The notes beneath the pieces were generated by a model, which saw nothing but the letters and a program-made list of their open reading frames with translations, did no database searches and had not been told where the DNA came from. 64,000 bases of DNA from the IMG/VR virus record IMGVR_UViG_3300028585_000514; one strand, written 5' to 3'. This DNA comes from a virus. Lineage: Duplodnaviria > Heunggongvirae > Uroviricota > Caudoviricetes. Position numbers and translations under genes: made by a program. Shown here one piece after another: positions 1 through 9,499 of the stretch (within the stretch, counting starts at the first letter, position 1; each line of letters opens with the position of its first letter).

Positions 1-216
1 GTTGGTTGCATGTCGGTGAGGAAACCAACTTGGCCGAGGTTGAAGCCGATGATCGGGATGTCGATGCCTGCTTCAGCCAAGAGCTTGGCGGTATACAGAA
101 CTGTGCCGTCGCCGCCGATTGGCACAGCAACAGTGTTCTCGTCGATGTCTTGTGCTGACCCGATGATTTTCAAATCAACGTCATTGTAATCGGTCTCCGA
201 CAGTACCAGCTTCATG
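1..216 (-). CDS. nadK: NAD+ kinase (NadK/PpnK), N-terminal part; the C-terminus lies beyond the window edge
   Basis: The minus-strand translation starts MKLVLSETDYNDVDLKIIGSAQDIDENTVAVPIGGDGTVLYTAKLLAEAGIDIPIIGFNLGQVGFLTD. The GGDGT and GFNLG(x)LGFLT motifs are typical of NAD kinases. The ORF runs off the window. Confidence 0.6.
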
Positions 217-303
217 TGCTGGATTACTTCATGGGAGACCGCGACATTGGCGCCGCCGACTTTTGGTACTACGAAAATTTTGTTGAACACTGTTGCCTCG
301 AAA

Positions 304-624
304 TTAGAGAACTTGATTGATGAGCTGTTCGATGGCGCCTTTAGACACCGCACCGACTTTGGTAACCTTGACTGCACCATCAGCAAACACCATCAGCGTC
401 GGAATACCACGAACGCCGAACTTGGCTGGTACGTCCATGTTTGCATCGACATCGACTTTGACGATCTTGACCTTGTCACCCAGCTCAACAGCGAGTTGTT
501 CAAGGATCGGACCGATCATTTTGCATGGGCCACACCATGGTGCCCAGAAATCGACTAGGACTGGAACGTCCGCTTTGAGTACGTCTGCTTCAAAGGAAGC
601 ATCGGTTGAATTGATGATTGACAT
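304..624 (-). CDS. trxA: thioredoxin
   Basis: The 106-aa product carries the WCGPC active site and a thioredoxin fold pattern. An AGGA Shine-Dalgarno and the AAAAATAATA motif sit upstream. Confidence 0.9.
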   Translation of the reverse strand: MSIINSTDASFEADVLKADVPVLVDFWAPWCGPCKMIGPILEQLAVELGDKVKIVKVDVDANMDVPAKFGVRGIPTLMVFADGAVKVTKVGAVSKGAIEQLINQVL

Positions 625-652
625 GTGATTCCTATTATTTTTGTTATGTGAG

Positions 653-674
653 AAAGGAGACCGAAGTCTCCTTT
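653..674. terminator. palindromic hairpin AAAGGAGAC-CGAA-GTCTCCTTT (copy 1 of 3)
   Basis: A perfect inverted repeat with a tetraloop, downstream of nadV on the minus strand. Confidence 0.6.
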
Positions 675-692
675 CTATTGTACTGCTGCTGA

Positions 693-2255
693 TTAGATCA
701 GTGCGCTATTTGCACGAGCACGGATTTCATCGAGGCTGTACTCTTTGACGAGCACACCGTTTTCCCAGATCGTTTCCATGATCTCGACGTGGATTTCTGG
801 ATTCACATCTTCGACGCGGATCGTCATGAATTCGCCGACTTGGCTCTTCACAACGGTGAGACGACCTTTCTTGCTGCGCTTGCCCATGTCAGTGATTGGG
901 TCTTTGAACACGTCAACCCATTCACCATCGACCTTCGCTGCGCAGGTCTTTTCAGCGAACTTGTAGGTATCGCGGTTGACCATTTGCAGCAGACCACCAC
1001 CTTGACCGAACACGATATTCTCGATCGAGTAGCCAGCTTCGGTGACTGCCATGCAGATGCGTTCGAAGTCTTCTGGCTTCGACAGGCCATCGCCTTGCAG
1101 AATGCGGACGATGTTCAGCACTTTCTTGCCTTTGCTGTTGATCGTCACACCAAAACCTTCTTCGAAGATTTTCAGCAGTTCGAGGATCACGGTGACGGCA
1201 TCGCCACTATCTGGGCGAACGACCAGGTTGACTTTGCGATCGATGATCTTCTGCTTCAGCGCACCTTTGGTGTACTGGCGAGCGAGGTTGAAGATGTCGT
1301 AGCCGTCCGAGACGATCGACACGATGGTGTTTGGTGCGAACTGGCTGAACTCGTCGATCAGGTCGTTGACCGTTTTCAGTTCACCATCTTTGCCGCGCAT
1401 CGTCATGATGCTGTGCTCAGTAGCAAAGACCGAGTATGCTGCCATCGGCGAGTTGTAGTACTTGTTAGCGAACAGGACGCCGGTGATGGTATCGGTACCC
1501 ATTGCGCCGGTTGCCAAGTGCGCTGCACCGCCGATGCCAGCCGATTCTTGACTCGACACACCACGAGCACCGAAGTCGTGGAACATGAAGGCAATTGCTT
1601 GCTCCCATGGCAGGTCCGAGGTCTCGAGGATGTACTTCTTCAGGATCGAACGAATCTTGAAGGAGCGCGAAGCGACGGTAGTTGGGTACCACACTGCACG
1701 AAGCATTGCGGTCTCGAAGTAGGCAACCATCCACGCCAGTTCTGGATCGGTCGACTCGATCGTCACCAGCGCATTGCTGGAATCGAGCACAGTACCTTCA
1801 GGCACTGCACGGATGCGCAGCGGAGGATAGCCACCGTAGACCTTGACAACCTTCTCCCAGTCTTTACGTGGAAACAGCTTTTCGCCGTTTGCGATGTGTG
1901 CCTTGAAGAAAGCTTCTGCTTCATCGATCATTTCCATCGTGACTGGCTTCAGACGCTTGAGCCACAGTTGGAAACCGAAGTACAGAATCTTGTCGACTTT
2001 CGAGCGGGGCTCGATGTAGGAGAACGCTCCCGTCACACCGAGACGACCGTACATTGCCTGGTGGCAGAGCTTGTACGAGTCCACGTCCAGGATGATGTTG
2101 TCTTCCGGACGTTCGATGGTGCGAGGATCGCCGAGCAATTTCAGCGCAGCCCAGAGTTGAGCACGCACTTTGCTTGGGTCTGAGAATTCTAGGTTACCGT
2201 AGCTTGGCAGCGTTGCGCGCAGTTGTTCGTAGATAGTGGTATTGATTGCGTTCAT
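693..2255 (-). CDS. nadV: nicotinamide phosphoribosyltransferase (NAMPT/NadV)
   Basis: The 520-aa product has the FHDFGARGVSS motif and NAMPT-like length and organisation. AAAAATAATA lies upstream of the ATG. Confidence 0.85.
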   Translation of the reverse strand: MNAINTTIYEQLRATLPSYGNLEFSDPSKVRAQLWAALKLLGDPRTIERPEDNIILDVDSYKLCHQAMYGRLGVTGAFSYIEPRSKVDKILYFGFQLWLKRLKPVTMEMIDEAEAFFKAHIANGEKLFPRKDWEKVVKVYGGYPPLRIRAVPEGTVLDSSNALVTIESTDPELAWMVAYFETAMLRAVWYPTTVASRSFKIRSILKKYILETSDLPWEQAIAFMFHDFGARGVSSQESAGIGGAAHLATGAMGTDTITGVLFANKYYNSPMAAYSVFATEHSIMTMRGKDGELKTVNDLIDEFSQFAPNTIVSIVSDGYDIFNLARQYTKGALKQKIIDRKVNLVVRPDSGDAVTVILELLKIFEEGFGVTINSKGKKVLNIVRILQGDGLSKPEDFERICMAVTEAGYSIENIVFGQGGGLLQMVNRDTYKFAEKTCAAKVDGEWVDVFKDPITDMGKRSKKGRLTVVKSQVGEFMTIRVEDVNPEIHVEIMETIWENGVLVKEYSLDEIRARANSALI

Positions 2256-2324
2256 GATTTAAAACTCCTTTAAGATATTATTTTTGATTTGAAGCACGGA
2301 CTCCCCGTGCCGATTGTACAAGCC

Positions 2325-3353
2325 TTACAGCTTGTTGATAAAGTGCTCGCCGATGTGGAAGTGGTCTTCGAACATCACAGCTTCCATTTGACGGAACTGT
2401 GCGAACGTGAACCATTTTGCCTTCTTGGCATCGTCGGAACCTTTAACTTTTGGCAGACCAGTGCCATGCTGCTCGAGATGAATCAGTGCAGCTTCGGTGA
2501 TGATACGACCGCGGAGCGAACGACCTGGATTCATGAACAACTTCTGTTCGCGAACAGCTTTGCGCAGGATGATTTCTGGCAAGTCAATCTTTGCTTCCTC
2601 GATCAGTTCACGAATCGCTGCATCGAGGTAGGTCTTGTCACCTGGATTCAGGTAACCACCTGGCAGAGCCCACAGGTCCTTCCCAGGGGCATTCTTGCGT
2701 TGGATCAGAAGGATATGTCCAGACTGAACCACAACTGCGTCCCCTGTGTTGAACGTGGGCGCATAGCGAGCAAATGCCCATTGCTTGGCATGCTCGTCCA
2801 GGAACTTTTGTTCTTCGAGGATGTAGTCGTACGCATCAGTTACTTGGAACTCCTTCAGATACTCGATCACGTTCTTTGGCAAATACAGCGGAGCTGCAGC
2901 CATGAACTTGTTCTTAAAGAAGGCAGAACGAAGGTCTGTTGCGTTGATCGTTTCCAAGCCATCGGTCTCGACGTGAGGCGAGAATTGAGGAAACTTTTTC
3001 AGGTAGTACGAAGAGTCGTCTTTCGAGTAGCCAATCAAGGAAACTTTCTTGGCGCCTTTACGATTACGGTGGACGGCGCGTTGCACGCCTTCGATCCATT
3101 GTTCTTCGTTGTATGGGCGATCGCGAAGTGGCTCGAACGATACTCGTTCAAGTTCGGATGCAGTGAGTGCACCTTGGATCATTGCGCGACGTTCGTCGTA
3201 AGTCCAAGGGTTCTTAGGAGTGCGAGGCTGATCTGCACTGCCGATCAAGATGACCAGACGTTCGGATTGTGCAAGTGCCTCTTTGATGACCATCTCATGA
3301 CCGAGATGGAAAGGTTGGAATCGCCCGATGTAGGCGAGAAGTTCGTATTTCAT
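2325..3353 (-). CDS. nadM: bifunctional NMN adenylyltransferase / Nudix ADP-ribose pyrophosphatase (NadM-Nudix, NatV-like)
   Basis: The N-terminus has the GRFQPFHLGH (HxGH) nucleotidyltransferase motif. The C-terminus has a Nudix box, PGGYLNPGDKTYLDAAIRELIEEAKI. Confidence 0.85.
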   Translation of the reverse strand: MKYELLAYIGRFQPFHLGHEMVIKEALAQSERLVILIGSADQPRTPKNPWTYDERRAMIQGALTASELERVSFEPLRDRPYNEEQWIEGVQRAVHRNRKGAKKVSLIGYSKDDSSYYLKKFPQFSPHVETDGLETINATDLRSAFFKNKFMAAAPLYLPKNVIEYLKEFQVTDAYDYILEEQKFLDEHAKQWAFARYAPTFNTGDAVVVQSGHILLIQRKNAPGKDLWALPGGYLNPGDKTYLDAAIRELIEEAKIDLPEIILRKAVREQKLFMNPGRSLRGRIITEAALIHLEQHGTGLPKVKGSDDAKKAKWFTFAQFRQMEAVMFEDHFHIGEHFINKL

Positions 3354-3527
3354 AGGACTACCCTAACAATATTATTTTTGTGTTTACTGCACCAAGAACT
3401 CTCTTGGCTTTTGTCGTTGATCGACAAATTTATTTATATGAGAATTATATCGGCCCCTATGCATCCGACGCTGAAATTGCAGCTAGATGTTTATGAACGG
3501 AAATTTAGAAAGTATAGACGCAAAAAA

Positions 3528-3562
3528 AGCTAGCGAGAACAAGTCTCAACTAGCTTTCTCTG
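3528..3562 (-). terminator. Rho-independent terminator (AAAGCTAG…CTAGCTTTTTTT on the minus strand)
   Basis: An 8-bp stem and a T7 tract, downstream of gene 3606..4277. Confidence 0.55.
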
Positions 3563-3605
3563 GAAGACGCGGAGGCAGTCTTACCTACCTCCCGCCACTT
3601 GACGT

Positions 3606-4277
3606 TTAAGCCAAGACCATCTTGGTCTTGAACTCGTCGGCCGGCACGGTCTTGATGCCATCAGCGCCTTCGACCTTGACGTTCTGCAGCACGACGTCAT
3701 GTGCACGACCTTTCAGGCCAGCCACCTTGTAGGTAGCGTCGTCGCCGGCCAGCTGGACTTCCTTGCCGAGCAGACCAGGACGGATGCCGATCAGCTTTGC
3801 ATTTTCCAGGAAGCGTGCACCTTCACGGGTCATGCCGGCCGCTTTCGGCTTGGCGGTGCCATTCAGTTCGGCGACGTGGGCGACCAGACGCAGGCTCAGG
3901 GCTTGACCTTGTTGGGTCAGGCGAGGCGTCAGTTCACCGAAGTTCACGCCGTGTTTCTGGCCCAGTTCCTTCAGCACCTTCTTCAGGTCGCGCTGGATGC
4001 GCTCGGCACGGGTTTCGCCGATCTTCGGCACTTCCTTCTGTTCCTTGGCGACCGGGACGTTCGTCTCGATCTTGGTCTTGCGCTCGGCGATTTCCGCAGC
4101 GCGCTTTTCAGCAGCTTCGGCTTCACGCTTCAGGCGTTCGGCACGAGCACGTTGCTTGTCGAGCAGCTTGGCTTCACGTTCGACGCGAGCAGCTTGGGTT
4201 TGTTCCGGAGTGCGGCGAGCACGTTTGGTCGGTGCATTGGTGTTGGTGGTTGCGGCGCCGGCTTCTTGGATGTTCAT
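3606..4277 (-). CDS. hypothetical highly charged (K/R/E/A-rich) protein; likely start MNIQEAG
   Basis: This is a GC-rich ORF with a TGTACT-N17-TATTAT promoter about 110 nt upstream and a hairpin terminator downstream. I recognised no domain. Confidence 0.55.
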   Translation of the reverse strand: MNIQEAGAATTNTNAPTKRARRTPEQTQAARVEREAKLLDKQRARAERLKREAEAAEKRAAEIAERKTKIETNVPVAKEQKEVPKIGETRAERIQRDLKKVLKELGQKHGVNFGELTPRLTQQGQALSLRLVAHVAELNGTAKPKAAGMTREGARFLENAKLIGIRPGLLGKEVQLAGDDATYKVAGLKGRAHDVVLQNVKVEGADGIKTVPADEFKTKMVLA

Positions 4278-4389
4278 GGTAATTCCTCTCATGGGACCAC
4301 TTGATTTAGATGGTAGACAAACCGTCTACCGCTCGTGAAACAAGTGAGAAGCATCTCTTTAAATTTCGATACGTCTCAACATGAGTAGA

Positions 4390-4418
4390 ATAATATACCG
4401 CCCTTTATGAAAAGTACA
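4390..4418 (-). promoter_or_regulatory. sigma70-like promoter TGTACT-N17-TATTAT (P1)
   Basis: Hexamers and the 17-nt spacer read on the minus strand, upstream of 3606..4277. Confidence 0.5.
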
Positions 4419-4542
4419 CTGCCCCTACAAACTTTTTTGCGAAAAATCACAAAAAAGTTTTGGAGAATTATTTGAACGAACTGGGCTAACCGTTTAAAAT
4501 CAACAACTTAGCCCATTTCTTTGATCTACATCAATAAGACGC

Positions 4543-4968
4543 TTAATCCAGGTCTTCTTCTTTTCGAATGACCTGTTCAGCCAGCTGAACGATGTCCTTA
4601 TGAAGATCACGTCCCACCTTCATGAACTGGTCACAAGTCAACCAAATGACTTCATCAGTTTCATAGTGAGGTGTGTCGAACTCTTCTTTGTTCTTCACCT
4701 TAGCCACGTAGACCGTAGTACGTCCCAGGAAATTACCCAGTTCGGTTACGGACAACGTATTTTCTTGTCGCAGGCCTAGTTCCTCTGCACCTTCTCTTAA
4801 CGCTGCAGTCCTGTTGTCCTCACCATCTTCCACTACACCTTTGCATAGTTGGAACTGGTCGCCACCGTAAAGTGTTTCGGATGGCTTCATGAACATCATC
4901 AGGACTTCACCGTCTTCGATAAGGTAAGGGATCATACCGGCACGGTATAGAATTTTCTTACCTTTCAT
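4543..4968 (-). CDS. Nudix hydrolase
   Basis: A Nudix box is present: GVVEDGEDNRTAALREGAEELGL, matching GX5EX7REUXEEXGU. Confidence 0.75.
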   Translation of the reverse strand: MKGKKILYRAGMIPYLIEDGEVLMMFMKPSETLYGGDQFQLCKGVVEDGEDNRTAALREGAEELGLRQENTLSVTELGNFLGRTTVYVAKVKNKEEFDTPHYETDEVIWLTCDQFMKVGRDLHKDIVQLAEQVIRKEEDLD

Positions 4969-4985
4969 TTAAAGTTTCCTTTATG

Positions 4986-5210
4986 TTATTTGATAGTGGC
5001 GTTAGGCTTTAATGAAACTTCAACCTTGGCGCCTTTGAATTCGGGACCGGTGTGACCGTGATGGCCATTGAATCCTGCTGATACGTTGAACACAATGGCT
5101 TTGGTATTTACCGAGTCGCGAAGGAGTGGGTAGTTGTCCTTCACGTATTGTGCAAGAATTTCTTGCACTTGTGAGGACGTGAACTCAAGAGTAGCTTTCA
5201 CGTCCTGCAT
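4986..5210 (-). CDS. hypothetical protein
   Basis: A 74-aa ORF that is tightly packed with its neighbours. Confidence 0.45.
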   Translation of the reverse strand: MQDVKATLEFTSSQVQEILAQYVKDNYPLLRDSVNTKAIVFNVSAGFNGHHGHTGPEFKGAKVEVSLKPNATIK

Positions 5211-5213
5211 GTC

Positions 5214-5915
5214 TTACACTCCGGCGAACATCGAGTCGGACATCTTCTGGAACGTACCTTTGATACGGCTGAAGATGTAGTTAGCGATCTTGCGAACTGG
5301 GTCGTTGATGATCGTCCAGGTGAACGAGATCGGCCAGAACATGATCCACTGCGTGATGCTCGACTTGTGTTGCATCGCCAGCGGCTTGAACGATTGCGGG
5401 ATGTTCGATGGGTTCTCGGCCAAGTCGGTCTTGTCGATCGACTCGTACAGACGCATACGGCTGCTGTTCACGAAGCGGAAGAAGTCCAGGTTGCGTTCCA
5501 TGATTTCTTCACGCTCTTGAGCTTCTTCTTTGTTCTCGACCTGGTCTTTCGACTTGGCAGTGCGGAGGAACAGTTCGCCGAGCTTGTTGTTCTTGCGATA
5601 CTTATCTTTCAGCTCGACATATAGGTCACGGACATTGGCCAGTTTGAAGTACCACTTGGCGAAGGACCAGAGGACACCGATGACGAAGTAGCTTGCGATG
5701 CCGATTGCCAGGCTGGTAGGATTGCTGATGATGGCACCGAAGTCGATGCTGAAGTGATTGCCAACCAGCCAGACGAGAAAAGCGGAGAAGATCGTGGTCC
5801 AGCCCCAGCCGGATGCTTTGTCATCGTCGATGTTCAGAGCGATGCCGAGGATGAAGAGGACTACCAGTGCGTAGAACACCAGCGGGATAGCGAAGAAGGC
5901 AAAGATTGCTTCCAT
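5214..5915 (-). CDS. hypothetical membrane protein
   Basis: Several hydrophobic segments at the N-terminus. An AGGAG Shine-Dalgarno and an ATAATA motif lie upstream. Confidence 0.65.
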   Translation of the reverse strand: MEAIFAFFAIPLVFYALVVLFILGIALNIDDDKASGWGWTTIFSAFLVWLVGNHFSIDFGAIISNPTSLAIGIASYFVIGVLWSFAKWYFKLANVRDLYVELKDKYRKNNKLGELFLRTAKSKDQVENKEEAQEREEIMERNLDFFRFVNSSRMRLYESIDKTDLAENPSNIPQSFKPLAMQHKSSITQWIMFWPISFTWTIINDPVRKIANYIFSRIKGTFQKMSDSMFAGV

Positions 5916-5933
5916 TTGAAACTCCTATTATAT

Positions 5934-6293
5934 TTATTGAACGAAAAATACGTAAAATTTTTGAAGCCGTTGACGGGATGTCACGATCGCCTCGATTTGC
6001 TCTACTTCACCATACTCGATAAGAAGAATAACCGGCCTATCGATTTGGTCCCATGAGTTGATCAAACCTTTGGTAAGGTCGATCGAACTGATCAAGACCT
6101 CCATATTCAGTTTATGGGCAACTGACATATAGGGAAAGTGACTCGGTGAATGAATCACAATCAGAGGGTCTTGCTGAAATTCTGATCCAACATCTTGCGA
6201 CGCGGTCAGAATATCCTTGAATCTGCTTAATGCTATTGGGTGTGCCATGATGCTGGCCAGTGGAGTTGGAGCGAGTGAAGCACGAAGCTTCAC
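5934..6293 (-). CDS. hypothetical protein (start uncertain, possibly the internal MAHPIA)
   Basis: The ORF is called only from its presence in the six-frame track. Support is weak. Confidence 0.4.
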   Translation of the reverse strand: MKLRASLAPTPLASIMAHPIALSRFKDILTASQDVGSEFQQDPLIVIHSPSHFPYMSVAHKLNMEVLISSIDLTKGLINSWDQIDRPVILLIEYGEVEQIEAIVTSRQRLQKFYVFFVQ

Positions 6294-6310
6294 TCACTTA
6301 TGCGATAGGC

Positions 6311-6973
6311 TTAGAAGCCGATCTTGGCGCCGAAGGTGGTCTGGCTTGGCAGCTTGACGTCACGGACATCGCGGCCGCCTTCGTTGTAGCTGACGTACAC
6401 GTCGACGTTCGACTTCAGCTTGTACGACAGGGTCGCGTCGTAGTTGGTGTGGCGGGTCACGCCTTCGTTGCGGTAGTGGGTGTAGGCGGTGCCGACATTG
6501 CCGGTGAAGCCCAGGATGGAAGGGGTGGTGTAGCCGACACGAGCGTAGGTGTTGCGGCCGTCGTTGGTGGCGCGATCGATGGTCTGTGCGACGAATGCAT
6601 CGACACCTTTGAAGGCAGCTGCGGCGAACACTTCGTTGAAGTTCTGGGCATGCGATGCTTTGCCTTGGCCGGTCAGCAGGTGTTGGTTGTAGCCAGCGGT
6701 CAGGTCGACACCGGCGATCGAGGTGGTATAGCCAGCAGTGGCGGTGGTGAACAGGTCCGAACGATCCGACAGGGTGTTGGTCTCGACTTGGCCGAACAGG
6801 CCGCCGACGGAAGCACGGACGGTTGCGTTCAGGCTTGCTTGTTCGCCGCTTTGCTGGACACCACGCCAGACATATTTCGATTGTGCACCGACGTTGCCGG
6901 TGACTTCGGCTGCTTGTGCCGAGAACGAGAATGCCAGAATGGCTGCCGCGATTGCAGTGGTAAACTTCTTCAT
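6311..6973 (-). CDS. secreted outer-membrane beta-barrel-like protein
   Basis: Signal peptide MKKFTTAIAAAILAFSFSAQA, a Gly/Thr/Tyr-rich body with alternating residues, and a C-terminal Phe (…GAKIGF). The ORF is GC-rich and host-like. Confidence 0.6.
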   Translation of the reverse strand: MKKFTTAIAAAILAFSFSAQAAEVTGNVGAQSKYVWRGVQQSGEQASLNATVRASVGGLFGQVETNTLSDRSDLFTTATAGYTTSIAGVDLTAGYNQHLLTGQGKASHAQNFNEVFAAAAFKGVDAFVAQTIDRATNDGRNTYARVGYTTPSILGFTGNVGTAYTHYRNEGVTRHTNYDATLSYKLKSNVDVYVSYNEGGRDVRDVKLPSQTTFGAKIGF

Positions 6974-7073
6974 TGAGATTTCCTATTATTTTTGGTTAGA
7001 TAATTCACCGAATCAAATCATCTTTGTGTTTCAATTCGGTGAGGAAATTATACCAATAGGAAACGCGTCAAGG

Positions 7074-8018
7074 TTAATCCTGTATCGCAGTTTCTAGCTC
7101 CGGCGGAACTGGGTAATTCTTGCGCTCAATTCCTTTCTTCACCATTTTCAGGATGTCTTGCAACTTATCCTTCAAAATGAAATCATCAGAATTGATTACG
7201 TCCCAAACTTGTTCCCACGTCAGAACATCAGTAGGCTTGTAGTTGGAACCAAAGAACTTAGTCACGACATCCTGAGGATCGGTTGATACGACCTTCTTGT
7301 CAATTGTCTTAGCCGACTTCGTCAGCTTCTTCTTACCCTTAATCGTCTGTGTACCTTGCATCAGGCCCTTTGCTAGGTCGAAGAAGAATCTATCCCAAGT
7401 AGCTGGAACTTCTTTACCATCAAGTTCACCCTTCTCAGTAACTTGAGTGTCGCAATAACGAGCGCATGCGTAATACACCTCCTTAGGATACAGAGCTTTG
7501 TATTTGCTTTCGTTATGTGCTGGACTGTAGTACGACCACGCGGCATACTTTAAATCATCAACTGGCATTAAGTCAAGTTGAACATGTTTGTCCTCTTGCT
7601 CTCCGTCCTCATTGACAATAGGGTACCCTACGCTCACGACGTCCAACCCAGGGAACGCCTGGCAGCCTTTGTACTGTTTACCTACCTCCTTAAGGAAATC
7701 GAACACAGCGGCCTTATCCTTGAGGTTGTTGGCTTTCATTAAGGCTTTGATCGAAATGCCTAAGTCGATGTCACCTGACGAACCTTCAGGCGTGCCATTC
7801 TTCTCAGGGTCTTTCTTGCCAGTGGAACCAAGAAGTGTCGTGTCGGACTTCTTGATGTTCAGCTTTGGTAGAAGATCAGCGTAGATTGCCTCAATGGTCT
7901 TCTTGACATTAAGCTGATTGATTCGAGTTGAGGTCTTGATCGCGTTCCCGCCTTCCATCAATTGCTTGCGTGAAAGTACTGGGCGCGCCTCGACCAGGAA
8001 TTCTTTAAATGTTCTCAT
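7074..8018 (-). CDS. hypothetical protein with a possible nucleotidyltransferase-fold motif
   Basis: A 314-aa product. The segment GS…SSGDIDLGI resembles the hG[GS]…DhD motif of the Pol-beta nucleotidyltransferase superfamily. Confidence 0.6.
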   Translation of the reverse strand: MRTFKEFLVEARPVLSRKQLMEGGNAIKTSTRINQLNVKKTIEAIYADLLPKLNIKKSDTTLLGSTGKKDPEKNGTPEGSSGDIDLGISIKALMKANNLKDKAAVFDFLKEVGKQYKGCQAFPGLDVVSVGYPIVNEDGEQEDKHVQLDLMPVDDLKYAAWSYYSPAHNESKYKALYPKEVYYACARYCDTQVTEKGELDGKEVPATWDRFFFDLAKGLMQGTQTIKGKKKLTKSAKTIDKKVVSTDPQDVVTKFFGSNYKPTDVLTWEQVWDVINSDDFILKDKLQDILKMVKKGIERKNYPVPPELETAIQD

Positions 8019-8021
8019 GGA

Positions 8022-8480
8022 TTAGAAACTCTGATTGTCGTACTCTAAGGTCTGGCTTAGATTGACACCGTGGTATCGCTTAACGATTTTAGCGAATGCC
8101 ATAAACTGGTCGCCGTGGTCAATGTCGCACATTTCGTCATAGCCATGGCGCTGCGCCAAAGCCTGATGTACCATTTCATGTACAACGACATTGATGAGTT
8201 CTTTGACATCCTTGATACGCTCGCAGAAACGGAGCGTGATGCCATTGGCGCCTTTGTTATCGCAGTAGCCCATGATGTGGGCATTCTCTGGACGATTTTC
8301 TACTGGCACTAGATAATCTAGGTCGGCCTCTAACGTAAACTCTGGCTCATTAAGATTGCCAAAGATTTTTGTATTGACGTCGGCCCAGATTTGTTTGATG
8401 GAGTCGAGCGAAAGCCAATCGTCTTTCGGCTCGAATTTTTCAGGCTGGCTCTCCAGAAACTGTTTGAAGGTTCTTTTCAT
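8022..8480 (-). CDS. SprT-like zinc metallopeptidase domain protein
   Basis: An HEMVHQ (HExxH) motif sits in a 152-aa protein. Confidence 0.6.
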   Translation of the reverse strand: MKRTFKQFLESQPEKFEPKDDWLSLDSIKQIWADVNTKIFGNLNEPEFTLEADLDYLVPVENRPENAHIMGYCDNKGANGITLRFCERIKDVKELINVVVHEMVHQALAQRHGYDEMCDIDHGDQFMAFAKIVKRYHGVNLSQTLEYDNQSF

Positions 8481-9204
8481 GTTGGTCTTTTACGATTTTC
8501 AGTATGTTATCAATCGCTTCTGTGGCCGGCGCGAAGAACGTGCGGTCAAACAGACGATAGTCGATCATACCATATTTATCTTTGTCTTTATTATTCAAGA
8601 TCGTAAAAGACTTGTTGGGAGTACGACGATTGCCGGCAATCTTGTCCATTGCGATCACTTCGCCAGAGGTACCGATCACGAGAATGATGTCCTTACGCGA
8701 GTCACGGAAGGCCTTGTACATGTTCGGATACTCAGGAGCACCTTCGTTAAAGAAGATCACGCCCGGCTTGACACCAGCAACCGACCCACAGCATGGGCAT
8801 GCGGTACCCAACTGAACTTCAGTGAAGCCAACATCCCAGATATGCTCGCAGTCGAGACACTTCATGTCAGTGAACTTGCCATGGACATGGACGACATCTT
8901 CACAGCCAGCACGTTCAAGGAAGTCGTCGATGTTTTGAGTGAACACCTTCACGACATCCTTGCCATACTCCTTCTGCAGTGCAGCGATACCTTCGTGAGC
9001 CTTGTTAGGCTTCAGGGTAGGCAGTTCGACGCGACGTTCGTTGTAGAACTTGAACACCGTTTCTTTATGCAATGGGAACGTCCAGAGGTTTGCTACAACA
9101 TCTGGATTGTACTTCGTCCACAGTCCGTCGTCATTGTCTCGGAAGGTGGAGATGCCAGACTCAGCAGAAAGACCAGCACCAGTGAAAATCAAAATTTGGT
9201 TCAT
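8440..9204 (-). CDS. cobB: Sir2-family NAD-dependent deacylase (CobB-like)
   Basis: GAGLSAESGISTFR matches the GAGISAESGIPTFR sirtuin motif. A CxxC…CxxC zinc site is present (CLDCEH…CPCCGS). Confidence 0.85.
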   Translation of the reverse strand: MNQILIFTGAGLSAESGISTFRDNDDGLWTKYNPDVVANLWTFPLHKETVFKFYNERRVELPTLKPNKAHEGIAALQKEYGKDVVKVFTQNIDDFLERAGCEDVVHVHGKFTDMKCLDCEHIWDVGFTEVQLGTACPCCGSVAGVKPGVIFFNEGAPEYPNMYKAFRDSRKDIILVIGTSGEVIAMDKIAGNRRTPNKSFTILNNKDKDKYGMIDYRLFDRTFFAPATEAIDNILKIVKDQHEKNLQTVSGEPA

Positions 9205-9207
9205 GTA

Positions 9208-9396
9208 TTATCCGAATAGAACCTGTTGTCCTCCGACAGTCTTTGGAAACACGGATGGCGCGACTCCTTCGGTAACAGGCATAGTTGCTGCGCTCAATTG
9301 CGCATGTTCAAACGTTGGGTACGGGCCAACTTCTTGACCTGATCCTAAACGAATATAATACTGCACTTTTGCGGTGTCGGTTGAATTAAGTAACAT
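9208..9396 (-). CDS. hypothetical small protein
   Basis: A 62-aa ORF in a minus-strand operon. Confidence 0.4.
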   Translation of the reverse strand: MLLNSTDTAKVQYYIRLGSGQEVGPYPTFEHAQLSAATMPVTEGVAPSVFPKTVGGQQVLFG

Positions 9397-9451
9397 GATT
9401 TTTCCTTATAGTATGGTTATGATCTTATTTATGATCCCATAAGGAGTAACG

Positions 9452-9480
9452 AAAAAAGCCACCCAATGGGTGGCTTTTTC
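9452..9480. terminator. hairpin GCCACCC-AAT-GGGTGGC with flanking A and T runs
   Basis: Downstream of 9500..10156 on the minus strand. Belongs to the CCAATGG-loop family. Confidence 0.6.
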
Positions 9481-9499
9481 TTTATGTCGGCTTTTTGTT

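Noticed and set aside
214-628. Plus-strand ORFs 214-558 and 317-628 overlapping trxA.
   Set aside because: They overlap the thioredoxin gene (WCGPC) and the NadK fragment on the minus strand and have no motif support.
789-2183. A 464-aa plus-strand ORF antisense to nadV. Similar long plus-strand ORFs lie at 2289-3533, 10920-12203, 14040-15887 and 31500-32345.
   Set aside because: They are shadow ORFs inside confidently assigned minus-strand genes (NAMPT, NadM, SpoVR/YeaH, PrkA, SPFH lipoprotein). They show no recognisable motifs and have Arg/Leu/Val-rich GC-skewed composition typical of antisense frames.
3699-4338. Several overlapping ORFs (3699-4304 plus, 3797-4282 plus, 3997-4338 plus) in a GC-rich stretch.
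   Set aside because: High GC content yields open frames in all phases. Only the minus-strand ORF has a promoter, ribosome-binding site and terminator context.
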